Source of the DNA: Octopus sinensis
Taxonomy: Eukaryota
Assembly: GCF_006345805.1 (NCBI RefSeq)
Contig: NC_043020.1
Span: forward strand, 13,330,001-13,394,000
Length of the DNA: 64,000 bases
Direction of reading: 5' to 3'
Part shown: positions 12,434-25,007 of the stretch, in pieces
How the letters are laid out: each line of letters opens with the position of its first letter
How positions within the stretch are numbered: the stretch's first letter is position 1
Notes under the pieces: model-generated
Databases searched by the model: none
What the model was told of the DNA's origin: nothing
What the model saw: only the letters and a program-made list of their open reading frames with translations
Position numbers and translations under genes: made by a program

Positions 12434-12977
12434 CTGAAAGAAGAATCATTTATTAGTTTCCAAATATTAGCTTTGACCTCAAGTTCCACATTATCAGGAA
12501 TGGCAAACCATCATTTTTAGAAAAATAAATTTATTGAAGATTTCCTTGGTAATTGTATTTTTGTATAGTTTTGAAAATATTTCTTTTGTCTCATTTTTAT
12601 TTTTTTATTTTTTTTTTTATCCTGGAATATTTTTCTGGAATTTTATTTCAAGATCGAAATGATGTCTTTGGAATAAGAATGGCAAAATAATGAAAAGAAA
12701 TAAGTTGTTTTGTTTTGAAAGAAGACTGTCTGCTTCTTTTATTGATTTTTAAATAATAAACATTTCTGTGTCATAATTGATGGCAATTAATATGGTCGAA
12801 GTCTTCTTAAACTGAGCGAACTCCCTAACAACAACAATAGCATGAATTAAAAGTGTAAAATAAGAACAAAAACTGAGTCAACATCAGTTTAGCACTCAAG
12901 TGTCTTCATTGTTTTATTAAGTGAAACCCAAATAAATAAAATATTGCTTTATTAAGTAAAACAAAATGAAACATATA

Positions 12978-13385
12978 TATTTCTTTACTACCCACAAGGG
13001 GCTAAACACAGAGGGGATAAACAAGGACATACATAGGTATTAAGTCGATTACATCGACCCCAGTGCATAACTGGTACTTAATTTATCGACCCCGAAAGGA
13101 TGAAAGGCAAAGTCAACCTCGGCGGAATTTGAATCAGAACATAGCGGCAGATGAAATACCTATTTCTTTACTACCCACAAGGGGCTAAACACAGAGAGGA
13201 TAAACAAGGACAGACAAACAGATTAAGTCGATTACATTGACCCCAGTGCATAACTGGTACTTAATTTATTGACCCCGAAAGGATGAAAGGCAAAGTCGAC
13301 CTCGGGGGAATTTGAACTCAGAACGTAACGGCAGACGAAATACGGCTACGCATTTCGCCCGGCGTGCTAACGCTTCTGCCAGCTC
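12978..13385 (-). mobile_element. SINE C1 dimer (one full unit plus one head-truncated unit)
   Basis: Junction GAAATACC|TATTTC at 13160/13161. Confidence 0.85.
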
Positions 13386-13399
13386 ATATAATAATTATA

Positions 13400-13850
13400 A
13401 TCATCATCATCATCGTTTAACGTCTGCTTTCCGTGCTAGCATGGGTTGGACGATTTGACTGAGGTCTGGCGAACCAGATGGCTGCACCAGGCTCCAATCT
13501 TGATCTGGCAGAATTTCTACAGCTGGATGCCCTTCCTAATGCCAACCACTCAGAGAGTGTAGTGGGTGCTTTTACCTTCCACCGGCATGAGGGCCAGTCA
13601 GGCAGTACTGGCAATGGCCATGCTCAAATGGTGCTTTTTATGTGCCACCTGCACAGGAGCCAGTCCAGCAGCTCTGGCAACAATCACGCTCGAATGTTTT
13701 TTCATGTGCCACCAGCACAAGTGCCAGTAAGGTGATGCAGGTAACGATCACACTCGAATGGTGCTTTTTAGATGCCACCAGCATGGAAGCCAGTCAGCTG
13801 CTCTGGCAATGATCACACTTGGATGGTGCTCTTAGTGCTCCACTAGCACG
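13400..13850 (-). mobile_element. RTE 3' tail (D) with degenerate internal repeats
   Basis: (CAT)n then reverse complement of D; several TTTTATGTGCCACC-type subunits. Confidence 0.8.
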
Positions 13851-13851
13851 G

Positions 13852-13859
<8 letters not shown>

Positions 13860-13882
<23 letters not shown>

Positions 13883-14715
13883 TCCAAATTTTTACATACG
13901 GCCAACAATTTCAGAGGAGGGGGTAAGTTGATCAGTTCAACCCCATTGTTCAACTGGTACTTATTTTATCGAACCCCAAAGGATGAAAGGCAAAGTCAAC
14001 CTCGGTGGAATTTGAACTCAGAACATAAAAATGGACAAAATGCTAAGCATTTTGCCCAGCATGCCTTATTATTAATAATAATAATAATAATTTCTACTCT
14101 AGGCATATTGTTAGAAACAGCAAGGATTCTAAGGAAGGTGTTAGAAAGTTGAAGCAAGAATGACTCAAAGGTAATTTGGTCATTGGATATGATTTACTCT
14201 TTTGGTATAGTGTTAGTATACATCTGCCAGAGCAAAATTATCAATGAAAATAATAATAATAATAATAATGGTTTCAAATTTTGGTACAAGATCAGTAGTT
14301 TTATGCGGAGGGAGTTAGTCAGTTGCATTGAGCCCAGTGCTTGACTGGTACTTTATTTCATCAGCCCCCAAAGGATAAAAGGCGAAGTCGACCTTGGCGG
14401 AATTTGAACTCAGAACATAAAACCAGAAGAAATGCTGCTAAGTATTTTGTCCGGCATGGTCTTGGTTCTGCCAGGTCACTGCCTTAATAATAATAATAAT
14501 AATTTCAAATTTTGGCACAAGGCCAGCAATTTTGGGTGTTGGGTAAGTTAATTATATCAACCCCAGCACTCAACTGGAACTTATTTTATCAATCCCAAAA
14601 GGATGAAAGGCTAAGTCAGCTTCACCAGAACTTGATCTCAGATTGTGAAGACAGACACAAAATGTTGCTAAGCATTTCACCCAGTGTGCCAATTACTCTG
14701 CCAGCCAGCCGCCTT
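13860..14715 (-). mobile_element. Cluster of three SINE C2 copies, each abutting (TAA)n
   Basis: Shared C core GAAAGGCAAAGTCAACCTCGGYGGAATTTGAACTC with the alternative tail. Confidence 0.75.
14097..14229 (+). mobile_element. R4/Dong-like LINE extreme 3' end
   Basis: Encodes GILLETARILRKVLES*, resembling the LLGTARILRKVL C-terminal motif of R4/Dong LINEs; short UTR then (TAA)n. Confidence 0.55.
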
Positions 14716-14727
14716 AATAATGATTGT

Positions 14728-15022
14728 TGTTTGTTCCTTCTCGAGCCACGCCTAACTCATAAGGGCCAGTTTCCTTGGCGTATAGGTTCCCCACCTGGAC
14801 AGGACGCCGGTCCATTGCAGGTGAGCTGCAAGATGCAGGAGGAAAGAGTGAGAGAAAGTTGTGGCGAAAGAGTCAGCAGAAGTTTCGCCATTACCTTCTG
14901 CCGGTGCCACATGGAGCTTAGGTGTTTCGCTCATAACCACACACATCGCCCAGTCTGAGATTCAAACCCGTGATCCCTCAACCGCAAGTCTGCTACTCTA
15001 ACCACTAGGCTATGTGCCTCCC
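14728..15022 (-). mobile_element. SINE family B, tail 3
   Basis: B head and core (GAAAGAGTGAGAGAAAGTTGTGG) joined to a different tail. Confidence 0.75.
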
Positions 15023-15317
15023 CTTCATAATGATTAATTAAACAATAACAACCAAGAGATTTTGTAAGCTTTCATAATCTTCTTGGATTTGAAACAAAAT
15101 TTGAGAGTGCATAAAATTGTTGCTATATGTCAAATATAGCATTTTTATAACTTATTTATTGATTTTTAAATGGGTTTTTTTAAATAATTAATTGAGTACA
15201 AATGAGAGGAATTATAGTTTTGCTTGACACCTATTTAAAGTTATATCTTCTTTAATGCATTTTTGTTACTTTCACTTTCAAAGCCTGCAATACGTAATAC
15301 TCCCACTTGAAGATTTT

Positions 15318-15648
15318 ACCACACCCACAAACCCACACTCATGTACAAGCTCACTTTTGCCATGCCCACATACCTACACTAACCACACCCACAAGTCCAC
15401 AATAACCAAATCCACAAGTCCACAATAGCCACACCTACAAGCCCACACTAATGTATAAGCTCACTTTTCCATGCCCACACTAACCGCACCCACAAGTCCA
15501 CAATAACCAAACCCACAAGTCCACAATAGCCACACCTACAAGCCCACACTAATGTATAAGCTCACTTTTGCCATGCCCACATTGCCTACACTAACCGCAC
15601 CCACAAGTCCACAATAACCACACCTACAAGCCCACACTAACCCCACCC
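15318..15648. repeat. ~100-bp CA-rich minisatellite (~3 units)
   Basis: Repeating TAATGTATAAGCTCACTTTT ... CCCACAAGTCCACAATAACC blocks. Confidence 0.85.
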
Positions 15649-16236
15649 TCAAATCAATGTCTTGCCTACACAGATGTCTAAACACATAGAAATACTATTC
15701 CGTTGTTTTGTTGCAGTCAATGTTTTTTAATCTCTTTTAATTAATGTCACTCTGCCACACTGCTCCATGACATTTAGCTGTAAACACGCTACAGTCATAG
15801 GGGTTATTGCAAAGTTACGTTCATATCTGGATTAATATTTACAATTTAGCTAAATTCTGGTTTTATCGATAACTTATCTGAAAATGAAATTTTATTGCTG
15901 ACAAATTAGATTCAGAATTGAATAAAATTCCCGAATCAGGTAAAATGAGAGAAGTTCTAGTTTGATGTATTGACCATCAGCATCATTCAGAAGTAGGATT
16001 CAGTTTATCTTTCTGTTTTTTCTCTTTCTTTTTCTTGTTTCAGTCATTAAACTGTGGCCATGCTGGGGCATACCTTGAAGAATTTTAGTTGAACGAATCA
16101 ACCTGACCCCCAATACTTATTATTGTTTTGCAAAGTCTAGTACTTACTCTATCAGTCTCTTTTGCTGAATTGCTAAGTTATTGAGACATAAGCATACCAA
16201 CACCAGTTGTCAAGTGATGGAGGTTGGGGACAACTC

Positions 16237-16419
16237 CATGATAGATCATTAGCCACTACACATTTTTTTCTCTCCTTGTTTTTTCTGTGTCCCTTTCTGA
16301 AGAAGAGCGTACGCTCGAAACGTAAAAGACTTTTTCTATTCCTGAGCGTTATACTAATACATCTGTTTGTTTTGTACACCGCCTTTCTTCATCTTTTGTT
16401 TTTTTCGTAAACTCTCCCT
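16237..16419 (+). mobile_element. Short Penelope-like (pLTR-type) element containing a hammerhead motif, ending in (TA)n
   Basis: Highly similar to reverse complement of 63431-63616; 3' part also at 61232-61309. Confidence 0.65.
16293..16328 (+). ncRNA. Minimal type-I hammerhead ribozyme motif
   Basis: Stem I CTTT/AAAG, core CTGAAGA(+A), stem II GAGC-GTAC-GCTC, GAAA, palindromic ACGT stem III, GUA cleavage triplet. Confidence 0.7.
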
Positions 16420-16574
16420 GATATATATATATATATATATATATATTCACACACATATATGTGTATGTATAGAGTATTTGAAGTGGTGTTTGAAGCAGAT
16501 GAACTTTATGATGAGATGGTAACAAATGACTTAAACACTTAAAAAAAAAGAGTTTATGATTTAAATTAAACATG

Positions 16575-16845
16575 CCGCTGGACTGGCTCCTGTGCAGGTG
16601 GCACACAAGAAGCACCATTGAGCGTGGCTGCTGCCAGTACTGCCTGACTGGCCCTCATGCCGGTGGCACATAAAAGCACCCACTACACTCTTGGAGTGGT
16701 TGGCGTTAGGAAGGGCATCCAACTGTAGAAACTCTGCCAGATAAGACTGGAGTCTGGTGCAGCCATCTGGTTCACCAGTCCTCAGTCAAATCGTCCAACC
16801 CATGCTAGCATGGAAAGCGGACGTTAAACGATAATGATGATGAGG
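16575..16845 (+). mobile_element. RTE 3' tail (D)
   Basis: Matches D consensus with (GAT)n tail. Confidence 0.85.
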
Positions 16846-17032
16846 AGGAGGAGGAAATGTTTGTGATGTTACTGACTTTGTTTTGTATAAATACTCTGTA
16901 TAAATAGAATCACTTGCATGAAATCCTAAATAAAAATAAATTAGATTTATAATATATTGGTTTGATATTTCAGTGAAATATTTGTATCAATAGAGGAGTC
17001 TGTCTGGATGAGAAAACTGTTTTATCATATTA

Positions 17033-17409
17033 CTAGCAGTATCGCCCGGCGTTGCTCGGGTTTGTAAGGGAAATAACTACAAAGCATTTTTAGAGAGTTA
17101 TAGCCAAAAAATAGCAAAAAAATGGGGAAAAAATGATGGTAAATTTTTTTTTGAGAGTTAAAAAGGTCAAGTTGCATCCCCTAGACAGTCTGTGGTTTGT
17201 GTTTCTGATTCTCAACCCCATGTCGAATTTATTAATTTTTTTCAGAACTGGGGGAACTTTTCAAAATTTTCGCTGAGTTAGTTTTGAATTATGACATTGG
17301 GCTATGTGTGTGTCAAGTTTCATCAGAATCGGTTGAAAGCCGTGGTCAGGGTGAGGGTACAACCTAACAGACACACAGACACGCAAACTGCCGTTTATAT
17401 ACAGAGAGA
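17033..17409 (-). mobile_element. Non-autonomous Helitron (3' end type 2)
   Basis: 5' TC, (GTCT)-type repeat, 3' hairpin CCCGAGCAACGCCGGG about 10 nt before terminal CTAG, A/T insertion site. Confidence 0.8.
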
Positions 17410-17499
17410 TGATTATCATTTGTGGATAGTTATGAGATGCTTATCGGAAAAGGTCTGGTTGGAGATCCAAACTTCCGAGTTCTTTTACATTATATATTA

Positions 17500-17870
17500 G
17501 GTGCTTGTGTGGCTGTGTTGTAAGACGTTTGCTTCCCAACCACATGGTTCCAGGTTCAGTCCCACTGCATGGCACCTTGAGCAAGTGTCTTCTACTATAG
17601 CCACAGGCTGACCAAAAGCCTTGTGAGTGAGTTTGGTGGACAGACTAATAGAAGTCTGTCGTGTGTGTGTGTGTCTCTTCCACCCCACTGTTTGACAACC
17701 GGTGTTTGTGTGTTTATGTCCTTGTAACCTAGTGGTTTGGCAAAAGAGACCATTAGAATAAGTACCGGGCTTTACAAAACAATAATAATAATAATAAGTA
17801 CTGGGGTTGTTTCATTTAGATAAGATTCTTCAAGGTGGTGCTTCAGTTTGGTTGCAGTCTGAAACAAGAA
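17500..17870 (+). mobile_element. Diverged family A SINE
   Basis: Similarity to A consensus. Confidence 0.7.
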
Positions 17871-18107
17871 AAATGAAAAATAATTTTTAAAAAAAACAAA
17901 AAAAAAGAGAGATAAAGTGATAAGCTGGCAGAATTGTTAGTATGCCAGACAAAATGCTTAATGTCATTTCATCCAGCGTAACATTTCTGAGTTCAAATAC
18001 CAGTAAGGCCAATGCTACCTTTCCTGTTCTTTCGGGGTCAGCAGAATAAGTAAAGTTACAGTCTTGAGTCATACCAGACTCATTTGGTCTGGTTTCCCAG
18101 TTTTCAT

Positions 18108-18142
<35 letters not shown>

Positions 18143-18146
<4 letters not shown>

Positions 18147-18330
18147 CCCACCTGGACGGGATGCCGGTCTTTCACAGGATTACTCACTTTTTTCCAGCTG
18201 AGTGGACTGGAGCAACATGAAATGGGGTGTTTTGCTCAAGAACATCACGCATCGCCCAGTCCAGGAATTGAAACCACAATCTTACAATCATGAGTCCAAC
18301 ACCCTAACCACTATGCTATGTGTCTTCGCT
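18143..18330 (-). mobile_element. SINE with E core and B3-type tail
   Basis: CCCCACCTGGACGGGATGCCGGTC (as in 14728-15022) fused to CAGCTGAGTGGACTGGAGCAAC. Confidence 0.65.
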
Positions 18331-18379
18331 AGCACAATAAGTACCATTTAAGGACTGATGATATAACTGACTTGAAGGT

Positions 18380-19005
18380 GGCAAGCTAGCAGAAACGTTA
18401 GCACACCAGGTAAGACGCTTAGTGGTATTTCGTCTGTCTTTATGCTCTGAGTTCAAATTCCACCACCGACGTCAACTTTGCTTTTCATCCTTTCGGGTGT
18501 GGGGGGGTCAATAAATTAAGTACCAGTTACTCTCTCTTTACTCTTTTACTTGTTTCAGTCATTTGACTGCGGCCATGCTGGAGCACCGCCTTTAATCGAG
18601 CAACTCAACCCCGGGACTTATTCTTTTGTAAGCCCAGTACTTATTCTATCGGTCTGTTTTGCCGAACCGCTAAGTAACGGGGACATAAATACACCAGCAT
18701 CGGTTGTCAAGCAATGCTAGGGGGACAGACACAGACACACAAACACACACACGCGCACATACATATATACATATATACGACAGGCTTCTTTCAGTTTCCG
18801 TCTACCAAATCCACTCACAAGGCTTTGGTCGGCCCGAGGCTATAGTAGAAGACACTTGCCCAAGGTGCCACACAGTGGGACTGAACCCGGAACCATGTGG
18901 TTGGTAAGCAAGCTACTTACCTCACAGCCACTCCTGCGCACTGGGGTTGATCTAATCGACTAGCCCTGTCCCCCCAAATTTCAGGCCTTGTGCCTAGAGT
19001 AGAAA
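18380..19005. mobile_element. SINE C2 (+) interrupted by family A SINE (18531-18938, -)
   Basis: C2 sequence resumes at CTGGGGTTGATCT after the A copy. Confidence 0.8.
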
Positions 19006-19652
19006 AGATATAATCGATTTGGGTTTTAAAACCTCAAAACGGATTAAGCCTTGAACTGTTCTTGGAAGGGTTTTTTTCTTTATTATTTTATTGTTTTTGC
19101 AATAAGAACTCCTGTTTATTTCAGGCCCTCGTTTGACCCTATTATCTCCCATCTCTACCCTGGACTGTCTTATTTTCAACCTTTCAACTTTACAAACATC
19201 AGCAAAGCCTGATCGTTGCATCTCTATTTTACAACATTGTCTCTTTCTTTTCACACGAATCCAAAATCATGTTTTATTACTCTGCCTCGGTTGTTCCACT
19301 CTTTGATCGCACCAGTTGATGGATGCACAAACACAGAGTAACTTGTATGCGCTGCATATACACTATACACACTGCACTCACATATTGCACACATACACAC
19401 AATACGTACATCTATTTATTATTATTTTTTTTATTTTATTTTTTTTTTTATTATAGTTCATTTTCCAGTACATTCAGTTGTAAAAACTGTCTTTAATCTC
19501 TGTTTTAATAGCTTATTTTCCACTTTAGATCTAAATCTGTTTTACTAGAGTTATTTTAATTTCAGAGTTGTACTTGTTTGCTAAAGAATTTCATCTGAGA
19601 CTGTATAGCTGGAACTGAAACACAATTACAATCTGCTAGCCACGAGAATAAC

Positions 19653-19695
<43 letters not shown>

Positions 19696-19819
19696 TCTCT
19701 CTGATGCTCTGGTACATTGTCCATGATGTAGAATTAGAACAAACACTTTGATACATAAACAACATTATATAACCTGCGCCACCTAAGGACAACAATTCCA
19801 CAGTTTACCGTTTATTTAT

Positions 19820-20378
19820 TTATTTCATTTACTTCTTTCAGTCATTTGACTGTGGCCATGCTGGAGCACCGCCTTTAGTCGAGGAAATCGACCCTGGGAC
19901 TTATTCCTTGTAAGCCCAGTACTTATTCTATCGGTCTCTTTTGCCGAGCCGCTAAGTTACGGGGACATAAACACATCAGCATCGGTTGTCAAACGATGTT
20001 GGTGGGGACAAACACAACACACAAACATACACATATATATATACATATATACGACGGGCTTCTTTCAGTTTCCGTCTACCAAATCCACTCACAAGGCTTT
20101 GGTCGGCCCGAGGCTATAGTAGAAGACATTTGCCGCTAAGTGATGGGAGACATAAACACACCAGCATCGGTTGTCAAGCAATGCTAGGGGGACAAACACA
20201 GACACACAAACATGCACTCACATATATATATATATATATACATATATACGATGGGCTTCTTTCAGTTTCCGTCTACCAAATCCACTCACAAGGCTTTGGT
20301 CGGCCCGAGGCTATAGCAGAAGACACTTGCCCAAGGTGCCACGCATCTTGGGACTGAACCCGGAACCATGTGGTTCGT
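19820..20378 (-). mobile_element. Family A SINE with internal partial duplication
   Basis: Middle segment repeated from ~20136. Confidence 0.8.
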
Positions 20379-20739
20379 ATTGCTATTTTGATGCATAAAT
20401 CTTCAAGATTTTGATTTTGCCTTTGACTTCATTCCATAGTTAAGGTTACTTGAAGCGTAACACAAAAACATATATGGAGATAGGTAGGGACAATCAGAAT
20501 AATATAAATACCTACCACTACAGAATATAAAACCAAACTGAATGTGTAACAATAGTATGTGTGTGTGTGTGTTCTAATGGCAAACATGACTCTACCACAA
20601 TGCAGTGACTTTTGGGTTATTTGATCACAAATATGTTTCATTCGCTTCTCATCCCTCTCCTCTCCCCATCTATGTGTTTGATCTATGGCACTTGAAGACA
20701 ATTCTATAGACCAACAAACAGCTTTTTATCGCATACCAA

Positions 20740-21530
20740 GTTTGTGTTTGTAATATATGTGTGTAATATATGAATGTATGTGTGTATATAGATGTGCATG
20801 AATATATGTATGTGTATATGGATGTGTATGTATATATGTACATGTTTATATGGATGTGTATGTATATATGTGTATATGGATGTGTATGTATATAGGTGTA
20901 TATGGATGTGTATGTATATATGTATGTGTTTATATGGATGTGTATGTATATATGTGTATATGGATGTGTATGTATATAGGTGTATATGGATGTATATGTA
21001 TATATGTATGTGTTATATGGATGTGTATGTATATATGTATGTGTATATGGATGTGTATGTATATATGTGTATATGGATGTGTATGTATATATATGTATAT
21101 GGATGTGCATGTATATATGCATGTGTATATGGATGTGTGTGTGTATGTGTATACGGATGTGTATATGGATGTGTATGTATATATGTATGTGTATATAGAT
21201 GGGCATGTATATATGTATGTGTATATAGATGTATATGTATATATGTGTATATGTATGTGTATATGTATGTATATATGGATGCATATGTGTGTGTGGTTGT
21301 GTATGTCTGCATGTATGGATGTGTATATATATGTGTATATGGACGTGTATGTATATATATATATATATATGTATGTGTATATGGGTGTATATATGGATGC
21401 GTATGTGTGCGTTTATGGATGTGTATGTATATATGTGTATATGGATATGTATGTATGTATGTGTATATGGGTGTATATATGGATGCGTATGTGGGTGTGG
21501 ATGTGTATGTGTGCATGTATGTATGGATGC
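20740..21530. repeat. Compound (TA/TG) satellite with GTATATGGATGTGTAT core
   Basis: Direct reading. Confidence 0.9.
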
Positions 21531-22431
21531 ATGTAGATAGAGCCATAGATACTTAGAAGGTTAGCAATGTTTACAGACAAGTCAACCCAAGTGAAACGGA
21601 GTGTGTCCGTTTTACAACAACAGTGTTATCTAAGGTGATGTTAAACTGAGAATGATTATCAAGCTCTTTACAACAACGATAACGATAAGAACAAAACAAC
21701 GATAATAGCCCAAGTGCCAAGAAAGGCACCGGAGGGGGGGGTTCTTCCCCCACCCTCACCACCTCCTGTTTATCTGGTCTATAGATAATATCATAGCTGC
21801 TATTAGCTCCCTTAAAACCAGCAGGGAGTTGATATGTGACTTTTCAAGTGACAGCAATTTAGTCTGATCCTCTGCAACAAGGTCTTACATCTGAAGAGAA
21901 GAGAGAGTGCGGAGGCTTTTTTTTTGTCTTTTTGCGCCCCCCCCCCCCCCCCGCCGGGCCTTCCCTTCCATCCCACCCACCCCAAAATTTTTATCTGCTG
22001 CTTGACAAGAGTGCCTACCCTTATTCTAATTTAGATTTTTTTTTTTTTTCCACAATCACCACCACCAAGGAGGAGGCAGAAATGGATGCTTGCTGTCACT
22101 TCTTCGCAGCAATCTCTCCTTCATTACGATATTTATTATCGCCCCCCCCCCGTCTCCCCCCCGCCTCACCATTGCCGCCGCCACCTTCCCTGTATCCCAC
22201 CCCACCCTCGTCCCCTGTTTTCCCCCACCCTATGGAATATACTTAATTATAAGACCAATATCTATGATGAATTCCTCGTGCCTCTCTGCCGCTGCCACCA
22301 CCATCATCCATGGAGTCTATGGAAAAATATTTCAGAATCCTTCTCTTAGCATAATGGTACAGACCACTCAGCTGGAATTTGAGAGATGCAGAGTTCGATT
22401 CTATGTAGAGGCTTGCTGGCCACTTTTTTTA

Positions 22432-22830
22432 GGTGCAGGTATGGCTGTGTGCTAAGAAGTTTGTTACCCAATCACATGATTCCTGGTTCAGTCTCACTGC
22501 AAGGCACCTTGGGCAAGTGTCTTCTGTTATAGCCACCATGCTGAGCAAATCTTTGTGTGTGAATTTGGTAAGCAGAAACTGAAAGAAGCCCGTGCTGTGT
22601 GTGCATATGTGTATACTCATATCTATGCGAACATGTCTTTGTGTTTGTCCTCCACCCCTGCTTAGCAACTAGTGTTAGTGTCCTTACATGTCCCTAACTT
22701 AGCGGTTCAGCAAAAAGAGACCGATAGAATATGTACCAGGTTTAAAATAAGAATAAGTACTGGGGTCGATTCGTTCGACTAAAATTCTTGAAGGTGGTAA
22801 CCCAGCATGGCCACAACAAAGATAAAAGAA
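22432..22830 (+). mobile_element. Diverged family A SINE
   Basis: Similarity to A consensus. Confidence 0.7.
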
Positions 22831-22845
22831 AAGATATTAATTATA

Positions 22846-23481
22846 CTCTTGGCATCACTTCGCTAAGGAAGAATAGCAAGGCTGTTGTCCATGTCACCTG
22901 CACACTCATTCATCGCAGGTAAGTCTGCTGTGGGATCGACGTTTCTGATTGCCATAATGACAGGGGTATGGTTGTTCAGGTTCTGTTGATGCAGCTGCAT
23001 TATTTGTTCGCCTCTGACGTTTGTCTTCAAGAGAGATACTGCAAGAGATCTCAAAGGAGGAAACAACATCGCTGATGGTGCCAAGTGATGCAGTCAGCTG
23101 TTAGAGTGGATCACTCACGATAATCAATGTCACAAATGCTAAGGGACTACTTGAGGCAGTTTTTGTAACGCTTCCTTGATGCTTCCCTATTGTGGTGGCT
23201 GGTGGGTGAGCTCACTGTACAGGATGATCTTGGGTAGGCGGTGGTCTTTCATCCTGTCAATGTGCCCTGCCCCTTGCAGGCTGGTAACCTTTGCTTGCTT
23301 GAGGACCTCAGTGTTGGTGATGTAGTCACTGCAGTAAATGTTGAGGATGGTACAGAGGCAGCATTGGTGAAAACCTTCAAGGAGCTTGCGATGGTAACAG
23401 TAGGGGACCTAGGACTCAGAACCACATAGGAGCGTCTTGAGAATGATGGCCCCCGTAGACGCTGGCTCTTGTACTGATCTT
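22846..23481 (-). mobile_element. RTE-BovB-like LINE 3' fragment (degenerate ORF2)
   Basis: Minus strand: TLLCGSES ... FHQCCLCTILNI ... DYITNTEVL ... GHIDRMKDHRLPKIILYSEL ... EDKRQRR, with stops and frameshifts. Confidence 0.85.
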
Positions 23482-23556
23482 AAAATGCTTGTTGTTCCAC
23501 ACACACTTGTACAGTCTGCCAAATGCTTTGTTTGCCTGGGGGTCAATTTGTTTGAC

Positions 23557-23777
23557 TTAACCCTTAACATTTAGATTACTTTATCAAAAGTAATGCATAT
23601 TTATTTTCATTGTTGTAAATTTCTCATTCATTATCTTGTAGCTTCAAGATTTTAATGATGTGATTGTGTATTTTTAGAATGACATTGTAGGGTATATGTA
23701 AGAAGCCAGATCTGTCTGGTCTGAACATAAAATAGGATACTAAGGCCAGATATGGCCATTTTAAATGCTAAAGGGTT
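23557..23777. mobile_element. TTAA/piggyBac-type MITE
   Basis: TTAACCCTT ... AAAGGGTT; same family as 10961-11188. Confidence 0.75.
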
Positions 23778-24776
23778 CCAGGTGGTGCCCCAGCATGGCC
23801 ACAGTCCAACGACTGAAATATATCCCCCATGCTTTCATGCAGTTTCCGACTATCAGATTTCATTTGTGGATTTTGGTCAACATGAGGCTATGACAGAAGA
23901 ATCTGCTGTGAAGTGGGATTGAATCCAGTACCTCTTGGTTGGTAAACCGAGCTCATAACCACTCGGCCAACATATTTGGGTTTGTCTTGCCACATCAATA
24001 AGCAGAGTCACTTTAGTGGAAAATCGATTGATTACTTAATACTTTATCTTCTTTAATCATCCAACTTTGATGACTTAAAGTTTAATTTTTTGGGCTGTTG
24101 CTGTTAAAATTGTTCTCTTGATATGAAATCAAGAAATATGGATATGAAGAAGAAGAAGAAGAAAGGGAAGAAAAAAATTCTAAAAACATTGCCCTCCCCT
24201 CCCCTCCCTTCCATATTGGTTATTTCTAAATGATTGGGTCTCAATTCATATTATTGATCTTAAAATCAATTATAATAATATTCTTCAGTTTTTGTTTCAT
24301 CATATTTCTTCATCGCTTTTACATCATCAGTGACTTTTAATCAATAACAATTTGACTTCTGCACTCAATAACCCCATCCCATTCGCCACTATCTCCTCAC
24401 ACTTTCACTCTTGCATACATCTGATGTTTGTATTTTTTTTTTCTCATTTCATTAAGTATATTAATTACAATCCAACTGCTGTACCAGTAATTCTTTGTCT
24501 CTATATTCCACTTCTTAGACCAAAGAAATGTTATTAGAAACCAAAATAGGAAGAATTAAAGATCATTAATTCCTTGGTAATCCCTTAATCACTTTGACTT
24601 TCGACTCCTTCAATGGATTACTATGTTCCCCTGTGGCACGTCAAGCTGAATTTAACAAACTTCTCTCTTGTTAAACCAAGTTCTTGACCCACTTTCTCCC
24701 TCATTTACAGATCTTCCTTTCCTCATCAACACCATCAGCCCCATGTTTTAAAACCTATTTCTGTATTTTTAACATA

Positions 24777-25007
24777 TATTTCTTTACTACCCACAAGGGG
24801 CTAAACACAGAGGACAAACAAGGACAGACAAATGGATTAAGTCGATTATATCGACGCCATTGTGTAACTGGTACTTATTTAATCAACCCCGAAAGGATGA
24901 AAGGCAAAGTCGACCTCGGCGAAATTTGAACTCAGAACGTAATGGCAGACGAAATACGGCTACGCATTTTGCCCGGCGTGCTAACATTTCTGCCAGCTCG
25001 CTGCCTT
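24777..25007 (-). mobile_element. SINE C1 monomer
   Basis: Matches C1 consensus. Confidence 0.85.

Noticed and set aside
20670-21556. 200-250-aa YIHM/CV ORFs
   Set aside because: Microsatellite translations
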